Shown here: in pieces, positions 12,508-26,593 of the stretch | Layout of the letters: each line of letters begins with the position of its first letter | Position numbering within the stretch: position 1 is the stretch's first letter | Assembly (NCBI RefSeq): GCF_006345805.1 | Contig: NC_043006.1 | Coordinates: 96,968,001 to 97,032,000 of the forward strand | Source of the DNA: Octopus sinensis | Taxonomy: Eukaryota | Direction: 5' to 3' | DNA length: 64,000 nt | Program-made: the position numbers and the translations under genes | Notes under the pieces: generated by a model | Told to the model about the DNA's origin: nothing | The model's input: the letters and a program-made list of their open reading frames with translations, nothing else | Database searches by the model: none

Positions 12508-12634
12508 ATCTTACAGCTGTTTCGGCCATGCAGATATGGGTGTCTCATTATGCTCATATTAGCCATGTGTGATAGGTAAATATGTAGTTGTAAATGAGAC
12601 ACTTACAAAAATATCCCAAGGCCTCTTCAGAGAT
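12508..12634 (-). ncRNA. Hammerhead ribozyme, inverted copy
   Basis: Reverse complement of 12709-12835. Confidence 0.75.
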
Positions 12635-12708
12635 TATGAAATACAAACTAAATTAAATATGAATGTACCTCCTCTGATATTCATATTTAATTTAGTTTGT
12701 ATTTCATA

Positions 12709-12835
12709 ATCTCTGAAGAGGCCTTGGGATATTTTTGTAAGTGTCTTATTTACAACTACATATTTACCTATCACACATGGCTAATATGAGCATAATGAGA
12801 CACCCATATCTGGATGGCCGAAACAGCTGTAAGAT
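12709..12835 (+). ncRNA. Type I hammerhead ribozyme with long stem II
   Basis: atct-CTGAAGA-ggcc...ggcc-GAAA-cagctg-TA-agat. Palindromic stem III as in Penelope hammerheads. Confidence 0.8.
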
Positions 12836-13260
12836 GTAGTTTATATTTATATTTGTGTTTATTTATTTATATTCACTTATACTTACTGTACTTATTGTAT
12901 CATATTACTCTTTCATGTACATTGTTTTGTTCTATATTATTATGTTTGACCTTAATATTCATGTGTAGTGGTTTAATAAATTACGTGATTGGGTATTATC
13001 TGGTAGTTGATCATTGATTAAGATATGTTTCTCCATTTTCTTATTTTGTATTATTAATTTGTGGTAAAACATTTTACCTTTGCCCATATAATACAGTAAA
13101 TGAATTAATTGCATCGCAGTTCTTAAAATTTATGTATTAACTTTATTGGGTGCTTCACTAGCAGTATATTGGATATATGTTATCCCATGGAGGGTTGCAC
13201 TTACAACCCCTATATATATATTATATGTGTGGTGTGTGTGTGTGTGTGTGCATGTATATA

Positions 13261-13373
<113 letters not shown>

Positions 13374-13899
13374 TATATATTTATAAATATATAAATTAGA
13401 GAAAACCAATATTATGTAATATAAACCAAATCATAAAGAAAATAATTAAATATATTAGTGGTAGCATATTAAAATACCTTTAAAGGGTAAAATTATAAAC
13501 AACTTATAAGCAAGAGCAAAAGAAAAGTTATTTCTATGCCAATCGTCAATTTTCACATTTCATTATGCATTCACTATATATACACGTTGTGTATTTATAT
13601 ACAACATGTATATAATACAGCATGTATATAATACAGTATATAATACATTATACGATATAGTATATAATATATTATATAATACAACGTGTATATAATACAG
13701 CACAACGTGTATTTATAGTGAAAAGTGGAAATTAACGATTTAAAGTCTGTTATCAGCATATTGGCAAGAAATAATTTTTCTTTTGCCCTGCTTATAAGTT
13801 GTATATATATATATATTATTATATATATATATATTATAATATTATATATATATATATATATATACACATATATATTTATATTTATTTATATTTATATTT

Positions 13900-14355
13900 A
13901 TATTTATAATACAAATAAGAAAATGGAGGAACAGATTCATTTCAATCATCGACTTACAGATATTACCAATTCCTAGTTGGTATGGGTATATCTTTCATTG
14001 ATGAATTGATCCAAATCTTCTCCATTTTACCAGCAGTATTCATCCTGAGGAATTGATGTACTATACTTGAATGTACTCATACTAACAACACTTAAAGTAT
14101 TGAATAGATACTTCATGTACATAAGTATTAACAATGCAAATTCCTCAGAAAATTAACTTAAATGTACAAAGTGAGATAGGGGTTATGAGTGTAACCCACT
14201 ATGGGATATCAGTTATCCAATATACTGGTGGTGAAGCACCCAAAAGGCAAATACATAAATGCTTATAATTGCAATGCAATTAATTCATTTATTGTATTAG
14301 ATGGGTGAAGGTAAAATATTTTACCTCAAATTCATAATACAGATAAGAAAATGTT
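13900..14355 (-). mobile_element. Diverged relative of the 12.3-13.2 kb Penelope-like family
   Basis: 14170-14355 is an inverted homolog of 13030-13215 (GGGTGCTTCAC..CAGTATATTGGAT..ATCCCAT). Confidence 0.65.
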
Positions 14356-14940
14356 TATTTATATATATATACACATACACATATGCATGCACGCACACAC
14401 ATGTATGTCTGTGTGTATGTATGACCGAGCCTAGTCATTAATCAGTTCATGGGTAGATTTTCGACTGCGTCTGCTCAGAAGGCCAATCGTATGGAAATGT
14501 GCATTGATGCCGCTTTTAGAGGGACCAAGTACGACTGAAAATGTACAAATGGTTGTACTTGGCTGTTGTTCAACCATTTCGAGCAAAAGACTCATTTCCT
14601 ATCACCGAAGGTCTCCCTAATCCTCTTTTGTCTCCGAGGCTGCTGTTAACTTCCTTGAACCAGTTTTGTACCACACATCCATTAACAGTACCTGAACCAT
14701 CCACATCATTAATCTCGTTTGCCGCTGCCCTTACACCAGGTAATGTGTATTCGCTCTAATTGCAATTTCTTTCACCAGTGATTATCAAAGCTGTAAAATA
14801 AAGAATAATTAAAAGAAAATCCGAAAAAGTTTTGACTTAGCCTGGTAGAAACATGCATACCTACAAGCAAACGTCCATCCATTCATCTATCCAGCCAGCC
14901 AGCCATACATCCAGGTATGTATATGTGTATATGTCCAGAT

Positions 14941-14979
<39 letters not shown>

Positions 14980-15074
14980 ATGTGTGTATATCCGTATATA
15001 TATATGTGTGTGTGTGTCTGTATATGTCCATATGTGTGTGTGCGCGCGTACGCGTATGTATGCACATGTCATTT

Positions 15075-15400
15075 TTTTCTACTCTAGGCACGAGGCTTGA
15101 AATTATGGGGTGGAGGCCAGTGGATTAGATCGACCTCGGCGGAATTTGAACTCAGAATGTAAAGGCAGATGAAATAGCTATTTCTTTACTACCCACTAGG
15201 GGCTAAACACAGAGAGGACAAACAAGGACAGAGAAACGGATTAAGTCGATAATATTGACCCCAGTGCGTAACTGGTACACCCCGAAAGGATGAAAGGCAA
15301 AGTCAACCTCGGAAGAATTTGAACTCAGAACATAAAGATAAATGAAATACCACTGAGCATTTCGTCTGGCGTGCTAACGTTTCTGCCAGCTCGCCGCCTT
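15075..15400 (-). mobile_element. SINE family B composite (two nested copies)
   Basis: Head GGCGGCGAGCTGGCAGAAACGTTAGC, B-box GAGTTCAAATT, core CCTTTCGGGGT. Tail-B copy joined at GAAATAGC|TATTTC to a tail-A copy. Confidence 0.85.
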
Positions 15401-15779
15401 ATGCATATGTCATTTTAGAAACATTATGAATCCAATAGATTACATCTTGAATCATTTAAGTTAAGTTTAATTCACTAGAAGTGCTCAACGAATAATTGCA
15501 AATAATCATAAAATTGGTGGGGACAAAGATGTCATTGAAACGCAAAGAAGTATAATGGGAAGAAAAATATCACATACAGAATATATTTGGAATTAATGGT
15601 CTGTGTGTATGTGTATATATATATATATATATATATGCGTGTGTGTGTGTATATATGTGTGAGTGTGTGTGTGTGTGTGTGTGTGTATGAGAGTGAAAGA
15701 GATACAAACAGACAGAGATATACATCTTTAGATTGGTACGAGTATTTGCGTGCCTTGGTGCGTATATATATATATATAC

Positions 15780-15823
<44 letters not shown>

Positions 15824-16844
15824 GTGTGTATCTATATATATGCTATTGACGGGAGATAAGTCGCAGCTTAATTACTAATACATAGAGATTAGACTAGATT
15901 TTGAAGTTCTGTCACTGATAATTCTGTTTAATCGTTATTATTGCCTATCAAAATGCATCACATACACGTATATATACACATATATATATATATACATACA
16001 TACATATAGAGATACATATATATACACATACATATATACATATCAATACACATACATAAAACATATGCAACAAAAGAAAAATTACATATACATATATATG
16101 TATATATATGCATATATATATATATATACATATATATACATACATATACATATACATATCTATATACATATATATATATATGTATGTATATATATATATA
16201 TCTATCTATCTATATATATATATATATATATATGCAAATATACATATGTTATTATGCACATACATATAACATGAGATATATATGTATACATAAACACATT
16301 AATTCATGCATACATATATATATATATACACGTGTATGTTTGTATGTATGTACGTATGTGTGTATGTATTTATGTATGTATGTATGTATGTATGTATGTA
16401 TGTATGTATTTATCTATGTGTGTATGTATGCATGTATGTATTTGTGTGTGTATGTGCGTGATATATCAATCGCTCACCCTGTCTTACATAGTCGTTCATA
16501 ATTTGTGCGCAACTTAAAAAAGAAGCCACCATCTCCTATCTTCATTTGTTATCACGCACCAAGATTTGATGGTCGTATACTTTTACATTGCAGGTGTTTC
16601 TCTTTGTTACTAGTTTCCATTTTCTAAACATTCCCATCCATCTCGTCACCACCGCCTTCGGCATCATCCACACCAAACCAACATTACCATCATCATCATC
16701 ATCATCACTATCATCATCAACAACAACACCGCCACTTCGAATTTAACAACTACCTCCACTACTACGACTGTCACCACCACCATCTATCCTTTTTATCATC
16801 AAACGTTCTCCTCCTCGTTATTTTAATCTTTCATCATCATCGAT

Positions 16845-16847
16845 AAC

Positions 16848-16910
<63 letters not shown>

Positions 16911-16953
16911 TTAATAATAATAAATAATAATAATGATGATGATAATGATAATA

Positions 16954-16984
<31 letters not shown>

Positions 16985-17019
16985 TAGTAATAATGATAAT
17001 AATAATAATAATAATAACG

Positions 17020-17074
<55 letters not shown>

Positions 17075-17079
17075 TAATA

Positions 17080-17124
<45 letters not shown>

Positions 17125-17160
17125 GTAATAATGATAATAATAATAATAATAATGATAATA

Positions 17161-17203
<43 letters not shown>

Positions 17204-17205
17204 TG

Positions 17206-17241
<36 letters not shown>

Positions 17242-17253
17242 GTAGTAGCAGTA

Positions 17254-17326
<73 letters not shown>
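16845..17326. repeat. About 480-bp (AAT)n microsatellite
   Basis: Direct inspection; source of the poly-I/L/Y pseudo-ORFs. Confidence 0.97.
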
Positions 17327-17328
<2 letters not shown>

Positions 17329-17770
17329 TGTATGCCAATACACACAAATAGAGAAATTAAGGCCAATAGACTAGACATAGTTGTCAGAGATCATAAAGAA
17401 AAAATGCTTTCTAATTGATGTATCAATACCATCAGATGACAACGTTTCTCTAACAGAAATAGTGTAACTTTCAAAATACAAAGACCTGGAAATAGAGGTA
17501 ACTCGAATGTGGAATCTAAAAACTGAAACAATTCCTTTCATAAGGTATGATAAAAAAAATATTCAGACAAATACATAACAAAGACACCAGGACTTACAAA
17601 TATATATAACATACAGAATATTACACTACTGGGCACTGCACACATCCTACGCAGAACACTTTCCATACAGTAACCACAAGAGCATCAGAGCAAACCACAG
17701 CACATACCCAAGGCACACAGAGCTGCGCTCGGTAGTGAAGTGAAAGCACGCTATAAGTATAAAACTACTT
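17327..17770 (+). mobile_element. R4/Dong-type LINE 3' fragment (second family) in (AAT)n
   Basis: MPIHTNREIKANRLDIVVRD..IDVSIP..KYKDLEIEV..LLGTAHILRR restriction-like endonuclease end; AAT on both sides. Confidence 0.88.
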
Positions 17771-17782
17771 AATAATAATAAC

Positions 17783-17850
<68 letters not shown>

Positions 17851-17864
17851 CAACAATAATAATG

Positions 17865-17934
<70 letters not shown>

Positions 17935-17936
<2 letters not shown>

Positions 17937-18315
17937 GTTTTAAATTTTAGCAGAAGGCCTGAATTTTCGACCCCAGTGCTCAACTGGTACTTATTTCATC
18001 GACCCTTGAAAAGGTAAAGAGCAAAGTCAGCCCCGACCGAATTTGAAACTCAGAACATAAATATAAGCGAAAGGCCGGTAAGCATTTTATCTGGCGTGCC
18101 AACGATTCTACCATCTTGTCGCTTTGACGGGCGAAATGCTTAGCGGTATTTTGCCCGTCGCTACGTTCTGAGTTCAAATTCTACAGAGGTCGACTTTGCC
18201 TTTCATCCTTTCGTGATCAATAGATTAAATACCAGTGAAACACTTGGGTCGATATAATCGACTAGTCCCCCCCACTAAAAAATTTCAGACCTTGTGCCTA
18301 CAGTAGAAAGGATTA
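17935..18315. mobile_element. Two SINE family B copies, head to head
   Basis: Minus copy about 17935-18120; plus copy about 18125-18315 with the CCTTGTGCCT..AGTAGAAAGG tail. Confidence 0.8.
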
Positions 18316-18328
18316 TTATTATTATTAC

Positions 18329-18374
<46 letters not shown>

Positions 18375-18389
18375 TATTATTATTATTAT

Positions 18390-18436
<47 letters not shown>

Positions 18437-19006
18437 TTTTCGGTAGCAGTCGTGGTGCTGGTTTTGCTGGTGGCGGTGGTGGCGGCTGTGGCGGCAGTGG
18501 TAGTGGTAGTGTTGCTGGCGGTGGCGGTGGTGGTGGTGGTGGTGGTATTGCCGTTCGTATACTATTTCACATTATCTTAACTATATATTTATTTAGTACC
18601 CCGCAAGTTATGTTATTTGCTGGCGCATTCATAACATTTGGAGAGAAACCTCTAACATATCTGAACTAAAAAAACCTTTCTAATCATAAACTCCAGTTTT
18701 TCTTTTCTTTTCACAAATATCATTTTTGCAATTTTTTTTAATATTCCTGATACGTTTTAATATACTTTATTGCTTCAGTCTAAGTTTTATCTGATAATCT
18801 CTCACCAAATGCCAGAGAACTTATTAAATAATTATCATATCCGCTCTTTAGCTCTTTAGATTTAATTTTATCGATAATTTTATTTTAGTTCTTAACGACA
18901 GCTTTTTTCTTATCAAACCGTTTCGTGTGTCTGCGTTACAAATTTACTGATTTTACAGAGTTTTTTTTTTTTCATTTGAGGAAAAGGTGCAATTTCTTGT
19001 TATTAC

Positions 19007-19066
<60 letters not shown>

Positions 19067-19084
19067 TATTTTATATTATTATTA

Positions 19085-20528
19085 TTATACTATCTTTGAC
19101 TTTTGCTTTATATTTGTACAAGTTGGCTCCAAGTCTCACCCAGAGACCTCAAGAGACAACAAGTTGGAAGTTCATGTTAGTGTTATGCCTAGGGTGTCAT
19201 ATATTTGGTTTTGTACATGGTGTTGTTCAAGAGAATGTTTAAGAAACCATAAGAAAATTATGTTTGTTTTAAAACTTGAGATTACAAAGAAAGTATTTTG
19301 CGTAGGATATGAACAGTTTCCATGAGCACTATCTTTTGAATTTCTGCCATTTGGGGGTTTCCTGGTATCTAAGTTAGGTAGCAACCAGCCCCTTTTGCAA
19401 TCATTCCGAGGGCACCTATGACAACAGGTATTGTTTTAGTCTTCAGGTTCCACATTTTGCTAATTTCTATTTCAAGATCTTTATATTTGCTCAGTTTTTG
19501 GTAGGTCTTGACAGATACGTTTATATCGATTGGGACAGTCATATCAATGAGGAGGCATGTTTTATGTCTGAAGTTTTCAATATGATGTCTGGCTTATTCG
19601 CATCTATCTTTCTGTCTGTTTGAATGGTGAAGTTCCAGAGGGGTGAGATGTGGTCATTTTCAGGCACTGGAGGTGGTTTGTGTTCCCACCAGTTTTTATC
19701 ATGGGGCAAGTCCAGGCTTCTGCAAATTACCCAGTGAATATATTGTGCAGCTCTATCATGCATGTTGAGATACTCTGTAGGCGCCAGAAGACTATACTTT
19801 GAGACAACATGATCAATGGTTTCATTTTGTTGTTGACATACACGACATGTTGGGCTACTGCCGTTCTTTAATATGTTGGCCTGGTAGTTTCTTGTTGGTA
19901 GGCATTGATCTTAAGCTGCTATGATAAACCCTTCTGTTTCAGATTTTAAACCAGAGGCCATTAGCCATTAATGGGTCAGGGCTTTGTCAACATCTGCATT
20001 ATTCGCTCTCTTTGGGTATTTGCCATTGAGAGGTTTTTCTTGCCATTTATTAATCAGAATATCTAAGGCCGCAGTTTTAGCACAGGTTTTCATGCGCTTG
20101 GCTTTTTCTGTGCTTGTTTCTTCTATGTCTATCTCTTATTCCGAAATTTGTTGTATTCGGAATTCACTTAGATATTCCTTTGCCTGTTTTGTTACTGAGT
20201 ATGATGCTTTCTTGTTTTCATGTTTTGAGATAAGTTTTAACATTCAGTCCTCAGAGTTTTTCAGGTAGGTGTCTAGGCCAATTGCAGCAATCTTCATTGT
20301 TATTGCCAGTTGTAAAAGTCCACGGCCTCCCTCTTTTCTTGGCAGATAAAGTCGTTCTATATCTGCCTTAGGGTGGTGCATTCTATGGATTGTCAACAGT
20401 TTTCGTATTTGTCTGTGAAAATTACATATTTCAGTAATTGATCAGTTAACGATATTAAAACTGTAAGTCACGACTGGTATGGCTAAATCATTAATCGCTT
20501 CGATCCTGTTTCTCGCATTAGCTCTGTT
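19085..20528 (-). mobile_element. 5'-truncated R4/Dong LINE, same family as 58.3-61.5 kb
   Basis: CRVCQQQNETIDHVVS, HDRAAQYIHW and RLE motifs; high identity to 58290-59725; ATT tracts on both sides. Confidence 0.93.
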
Positions 20529-20556
20529 TATTATTATTATTATTATATTATTATTA

Positions 20557-20590
<34 letters not shown>

Positions 20591-20596
20591 TTATTA

Positions 20597-20657
<61 letters not shown>

Positions 20658-20709
20658 CATCATTATTATTATCATTATTATTATTACTATTATCATTATT
20701 ATTATTTTC

Positions 20710-20774
<65 letters not shown>

Positions 20775-20792
20775 CCTTATTATTATTATTAA

Positions 20793-21003
20793 AGTGGTGA
20801 GCTGGCAGAATCGTTAGCACGCCGGGCAGAATGCTTAGCAACATTTCGTCTATCTATACATTCTTAGTTCATATTCCGCCGCGGTCGACTTCACCTTTCA
20901 TCCTTCGGGGTCGATAAATTAAGTACCAGTGAAACACTGGGGTCGATGTAGTCAACTATTTCCCTCCCCACAAAGTTCAGGCATTCTGCCTATTGTAGAA
21001 AGG

Positions 21004-21005
<2 letters not shown>
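20793..21005 (+). mobile_element. SINE family B (tail A) in (ATT)n
   Basis: GGTGAGCTGGCAGAATCGTTAGCACGCCGGG...GGGGTCGATAAATTAAGTACCAG...GTAGAAAGG. Confidence 0.88.
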
Positions 21006-21074
<69 letters not shown>

Positions 21075-21084
21075 GAGACTGAGG

Positions 21085-21290
21085 TGGCAGTACCGTTATC
21101 GCGTCAAAGAAAAATGCGTAACAGCATTTTTTCAGCTCTTTACGTTCTGAGTTCAAATTACACCGAGATTAACTTTGTCTTTCATCCTTTCGTGGTCGAT
21201 AAAATATAGTAGCAGACACCTACTGAGTCGATGGTTTTTCCCCCTCTTCTTCTCCAAAATTTCTGGTTTTCTGTTTATTGTATAAACATT
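21085..21290 (+). mobile_element. SINE family B, diverged
   Basis: TTACGTTCTGAGTTCAAATT...CTTTCATCCTTTCGTGGTCGATAAA. Confidence 0.7.
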
Positions 21291-21704
21291 CATTGTTATT
21301 GCGCGTGGATTGGTAGAATCCACCATGCCATACAGCATTTACTCAGCCTTTGAACTCTTCCAGTTCCCATTGAGCCGAAATTCGCATTGTCTTTCAGTCA
21401 TCCTGGATCAGTAAAACAAAGCACCTGCTAAGTACTGGAGTTGTAGAGTCAACTAACAACCCCATACATTACCCACCCACACACAAAAACTATTGTTCCG
21501 ATGTTAGCATTATATTATATAATTAGGATTTTTGATTTAGCATAATCGTTAGAATTTTCTAAACGCATGTAACAAATAACTTACGGTATTTAATTTCATC
21601 TTTTCAGTTATAGGCCGTCCATAATTTTAACTAGTCGGCTACAGACAACAAATTTAGATTTAGCGCACCCTTTGTTCCTAAAAACCTCTCCCATTTTTAT
21701 TAAT

Positions 21705-21878
21705 ATTGGTTTCAAATTTTGGCACAAGATCAGTAATTTCTGGGAAAGGGGTAAGTCATTTACAACAACCCTCAGTACTCAACTGGTACTTATTTTATCA
21801 ACTGCGAATGGATGAAAGTCAAAGTCAACCTTGGCAGAATTTGAGCCCAGAACGTAAAGACAAACAAAACATCGCTAA
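21705..21878 (-). mobile_element. SINE family B, diverged
   Basis: AACTGGTACTTATTTTATC...GATGAAAG..AAAGTCAACCTTGGC. Confidence 0.7.
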
Positions 21879-22262
21879 GCAGGAGTGGCTGTGTGGTAAG
21901 TAGCTTGTTTACCAACCACATGGTTCCGGGTTCAGTCCCACTGCGTGGCACATTGGGCAAGCGTTTTCTACTATAGCCTCGTGAGTGGATTTGGGAGACG
22001 GAAACTGAAAGAAGCCCGTCGTATATATGTATATATATATATGTGTGTGTGTGTGTTTGTTTGTCCCCCTAGCATTGCTTGACAGCCGATGCTGGTGTGT
22101 TTATGTTCCCGTTACTTAGAGGTTCGGCAAAAGAAACCGATAGAATAAGTACTGGGCTTACAAAAGAATAAGTCCCGGGGTCAAGTTGCTCGATTAAAGG
22201 CGGTGTCCCAGCATGGCCGCAGTCAAATGACTGAAACAAGTAAAAGAGAAAAGAGAGAGTAA
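21879..22262 (+). mobile_element. SINE family A
   Basis: Match to 710-1126 with a small internal deletion. Confidence 0.9.
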
Positions 22263-22899
22263 ACATTTTGCCCGTTAACCTAAGGAGTTTGATAGCTCAC
22301 CGCCTTACTGTCTCTGTTAATGTTAAAGGTTTTAACTATGTGTTTCAGTTTTTATCCCCCTTTTAATATTCTTCTTTTAGTTGGCACCCCTACTTTTCTA
22401 TTTCAATAAATAAGAAAATTATTTCCATTATTCTTTTTTAAGTTTCATGTTGTGTAATCTCTTTCCATTTTGATTTTGGTAGTTGAAATTGATGAGACTG
22501 TGACTCTGTTATGATTAATCAAGGTTTCTCTCCCGATACTACCATCACTACTATAGAATAGATTAGATGATTTAATCAGTTGATTAAAGGCCAACATATC
22601 TTCGAATATTGTTTGTAATTTCATAGAAGCTAGCGATTATGATGCGGAAGTCTGTTGTTCGTAGTTATTCTCTTGAAAGATTTCGACAGCAGGAATTTGT
22701 ATTTTTTCCGGTGCAATAACAGTTTAGCTTCCCTTCTAAAAGACTCATGTTCATCAGTAGCTCTCAATAGATTTAGTATAAGAGTATGCAAAGCATACAC
22801 CAATGCTCAATCTGTGATTTAGCCGACCACTAAGACACTCCTTCTTGTTTGGTAATTTAATTTATCTCCCCTTGGAGGATAAAAGGTAATTCTAACGCT

Positions 22900-23040
22900 C
22901 TTCAGCTTAGTGATTTGAGTGTTGGGATTATTATCACAAGGTTGTGGTTACGACTCTTGGACAGGGTAGCGCGTTATGTACATGAGTAAACACTTTGTTT
23001 TACGTTGCTCCAGTTTACAAAGCTGAAAAAGAGTTGCAGC
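22900..23040 (+). mobile_element. SINE family D, degenerate 5' part
   Basis: ACACTTTGTTTTACGTTGCTCCAGT matches 40880-40905. Confidence 0.55.
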
Positions 23041-24016
23041 CAATCTTGGTGGAGCCCCCCCCCCCTCTCTCTCCCTCTCTCTCTCTCTTTCTCACTCTCT
23101 CTTTCTCCTATATCCTCAGTTTTCAAGAGTAAAACAGCTGAGATTAGTGTCTATCTGATCGCAACTCCAAAGGCACTTAAAACGATAACGCGACACATGC
23201 TATCACACATTGCTTGCTTGCGAGTGATGGCCATGCTTTTCTGTTTTACGACTGTTTTTACAATAGGTGTGGTCATATCGCTGCTCCCATTAATCACAGG
23301 CTACGCCAATTCTTTACAGTTATTACTAACGCAGAATCTCATTACTCTCATTTTCACTATCATTATAGCTCTACGGCTTATGGCTCGCATTACGCAAGCA
23401 TTGTGTTTAAGAAAATATTACGTTAGCGTAGAGCGCGTAATGCAAGACGTATTTTATTCTAACTTTTATGCAACATTGAGGGTCAATGGGAAAAGTTTCC
23501 GCGTTCAGAACTTTACATTACGATAATGTTTACAGAAGAGTAATCACTTCCGTTACGCGGGAGATGTCCGTACTTTTGTATCAGTATTTCTCTAGCGCTT
23601 AAAGAACGACCAGCTTTAACCATTTACTCGAGTTACCATAAGGCGAAGGCGTGGTTTTCAATGTGGTGCTCCAGCATGGCTGCAGTCAGATGACTGAAAC
23701 AACTAGAGCGGTAACAGAATATATGTACATATATATATATATATATATAATGCTAATAAGCAGGAATTGAGACCCACCTCGTTGTAATTAACAATGGATA
23801 AATTTGTCTTCTGAGTATATAATCCCTCATCATATCTATGGAAATTCATATGGATTAGGTCACCTTCTCTGTGATGCTACAAAACTTTTTTAAAATTCTG
23901 TGATAAGACTGTACATCATCTTTAAGAACTTTATGAACTTTAGAATCTGTTTAATTATCTACATTACTTCATGAGTATAGCCTCAAACACTAGGATGTCT
24001 AGAGAACTTACATGTA

Positions 24017-24107
24017 TTTTAGCTGATGAGTACGGGACTCGTTTATATGCTGTAATCTTTGCAACTTTTAATAAAACCTGTCCTTGTATGAAACGATCGT
24101 ACTAAAA
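24017..24107 (+). ncRNA. Canonical type I hammerhead ribozyme
   Basis: ttttag-CTGATGA-gtacgggac...gtccttgtat-GAAA-cgatcg-TA-ctaaaa. Stem I is 6 bp; stem III is a palindrome. Confidence 0.82.
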
Positions 24108-24141
24108 ACCTATCCATTCTTGTTGCTTCTTTCTCGCGTAT

Positions 24142-24179
<38 letters not shown>

Positions 24180-24229
24180 ATAAATAAATGAAAGAATGGA
24201 GTTGAACGACGATTTAACAAAATTCCTTT

Positions 24230-24308
24230 TTCTCGACATATTTTTCGAAGGCTGTTATTCCGAATTTCGAAGAATAAGGGGTGCTTATGCCGCCTTCTCA
24301 TCAGGAAA
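24230..24308 (-). ncRNA. Hammerhead motif, slightly degenerate
   Basis: ttc-CTGATGA-gaaggc...gccttc-GAAA-aatatg-TC-gag. Confidence 0.62.
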
Positions 24309-25210
24309 TCAAGGAACTTATGTCAGCATCAAGATGCGTATATATTCATATATATATATAGTCCCACTGCGTGGCACCTTATGCAAGAGTAATCTTCTAT
24401 AGCCTCAGGCCTTGGGAGTGGATTAGGTAGATGGAAACTAAAAGAAGCCTGTCGCGGTATACATATATATATGTATATATATATATTATATATATATGTG
24501 TATATATGTATATGTGTGTATATTATATATATATATATTTTTATATTTTCACACATAATAATTTTTTCTGTACTGTTCCATCCTGCATTTTTTCCTGTGC
24601 CTATATAGACGTGTATATAGATTCATTTGTACACGTGTGTGAATATGTATGAGTGGGCGGGTGTGTATGTATATAGATGTGTGCGTGTGTGAATACATAT
24701 ATATATAGACGTTTTTACTTAGTATTTTTACAATTTTTTCGGGGGTTTTTTGGGCGTATGTATAATCCTTTTTTATGAATGCGTGTGTGTGTGTGTGCGT
24801 ATATAAACATGTGCGGGTATGTACATATATGGGCGTGTGTGTGTATGAGTGCATAAGGGCATGTCCGTATATGAACGTGGTTTTTACGTTATGATTTTTT
24901 TTCTGTATTGTTACCTTTAACCATGTTTTTTCTTGTGCTTGTGCGTATATAGACGTATGTATGAACTTTTACGGTACGCGTGTGTGTGTACGAGTTTGTA
25001 TATATATGCGTATACATTTGGCGATAAATGCGAGTGAAATGTTTACGTTTTCATAGTTACGTATAAGTACGCACGTGGATGCGCGTATGAGTAGCCATGC
25101 TTACGTGTTTACTATGAACTTTTAATCTTAATTTATATAAGTAGCGGAATTGTAACACAGTAATTTTCCTTTATATAACGGTATTTTTTCATAGCGTTTT
25201 CTAGATGGCC

Positions 25211-25273
25211 AGATAACCGAAGAGATGGTGTAGTGGATTTCCACTTCGGCATCCGAAACTCAGAGTTTTATCT
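25211..25273 (+). ncRNA. Hammerhead motif (CCGAAGA variant)
   Basis: agataa-CCGAAGA-gatg..agtgga tt tccact..catcc-GAAA-ctcagag-TT-ttatct. Confidence 0.68.
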
Positions 25274-25339
25274 TGGCTATTGAATAATTGTCACATATTA
25301 ATTACAGATATATATATATATATATATATAATATATATA

Positions 25340-25387
<48 letters not shown>

Positions 25388-25389
<2 letters not shown>

Positions 25390-25610
25390 TGTGTGATTGT
25401 GTCTGTGTTTGTCGCCCCCACCCCATCATCACTTGACATCCGATGTTCGTGCGTTTCCGTCCGCATAACTTAGCGGTTCGTCAAAAGAGACCGATGAGAA
25501 CCAGGCTTTTACAAAAATAACTACTGGGGTCGATCTATTCGACAAAATATTCTTCAAGACGGTGCCCCAGAATGGCTGCAGTCTAATGATTGAAAGAATG
25601 TAAAAGATGA
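25388..25610 (+). mobile_element. SINE family A, 3' half
   Basis: AACTTAGCGGTTCG..AAAAGAGACCGAT...CGGTGCCCCAG.ATGGCTGCAGTC. Confidence 0.78.
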
Positions 25611-26448
25611 TCGCATAGAGGACTTGGCGTCGGCCATATTGGGAAAAGCTGTCCTAACAGAATGATAACCGTTTGCTCCAAGGCAAAAGTAGTATGTAAA
25701 GTACTGAGGCCCCTACATGTACAACCACGGCAAACATAGCTTAGCAATCGGGCCCTATAGACATAATGGGACCCAGTATAGTGCGATTATAATAACGATG
25801 GCCTCCCTAATGTCTTCCTCGGGTGTTGAGGGACCAACCAAGTGAGAAAGAATCATAATTACCCGATGTGTCATCAATGCCGTTACAGTTGTTACTATAA
25901 CCACGACCAGAGACAACGACATGTATTTTCAAATTAAAATCTCTAGCCACACCTATACTACTACTATAAATGCAGCATGACACAGTGCAGGTAAACCACG
26001 CCCACAATACTAATTAACATAGTCGATGTAACCACGCCCACAATAGCTGTATTACTGAAGACATCGAGAAGAACCTCGACAAGTAATTATATGTGGTACT
26101 TAATGCAGATGTATATATATTTGAATAATCTCTCTCCCCTCTCTCATTTCTCTCTCACCCTTTTTCTTTCCCCCCTTCTTTTTGTTTCTATCCATCTGTT
26201 TGTCTATTTATTTATCCCTCTCCCCTTCTCTCTATCTCTCTCTCTCCCTCTCTCTGACTATATGTGTATCTATCTATCTATCAATTCGACTATCCGCATT
26301 TTGTCTGTTGTCTGCCTCCGCCCACTCAGCATATACTTATATACACACAAGCGCAAATGCATCTATACATACCGATGAAAGTGTTATGTATATGTGTGTG
26401 TAGGTGGGTGTCTTTGTGAGCGTGTGTGTGTGTGTGTGGTATACTTTT

Positions 26449-26526
<78 letters not shown>

Positions 26527-26542
26527 ACATATGTATATATAT

Positions 26543-26593
<51 letters not shown>

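Larger units (their letters stand above)
12298..13220. mobile_element. Near-perfect inverted repeat (about 370-bp arms, 14-nt spacer), non-autonomous Penelope-like
   Basis: 12298-12664 is the reverse complement of 12679-13052 with few mismatches. The right arm continues to about 13220. Confidence 0.88.

Noticed and set aside
16823-17418. Poly-L/Y/I ORFs
   Set aside because: Translations of (AAT)n; only the last few codons belong to a Dong fragment.
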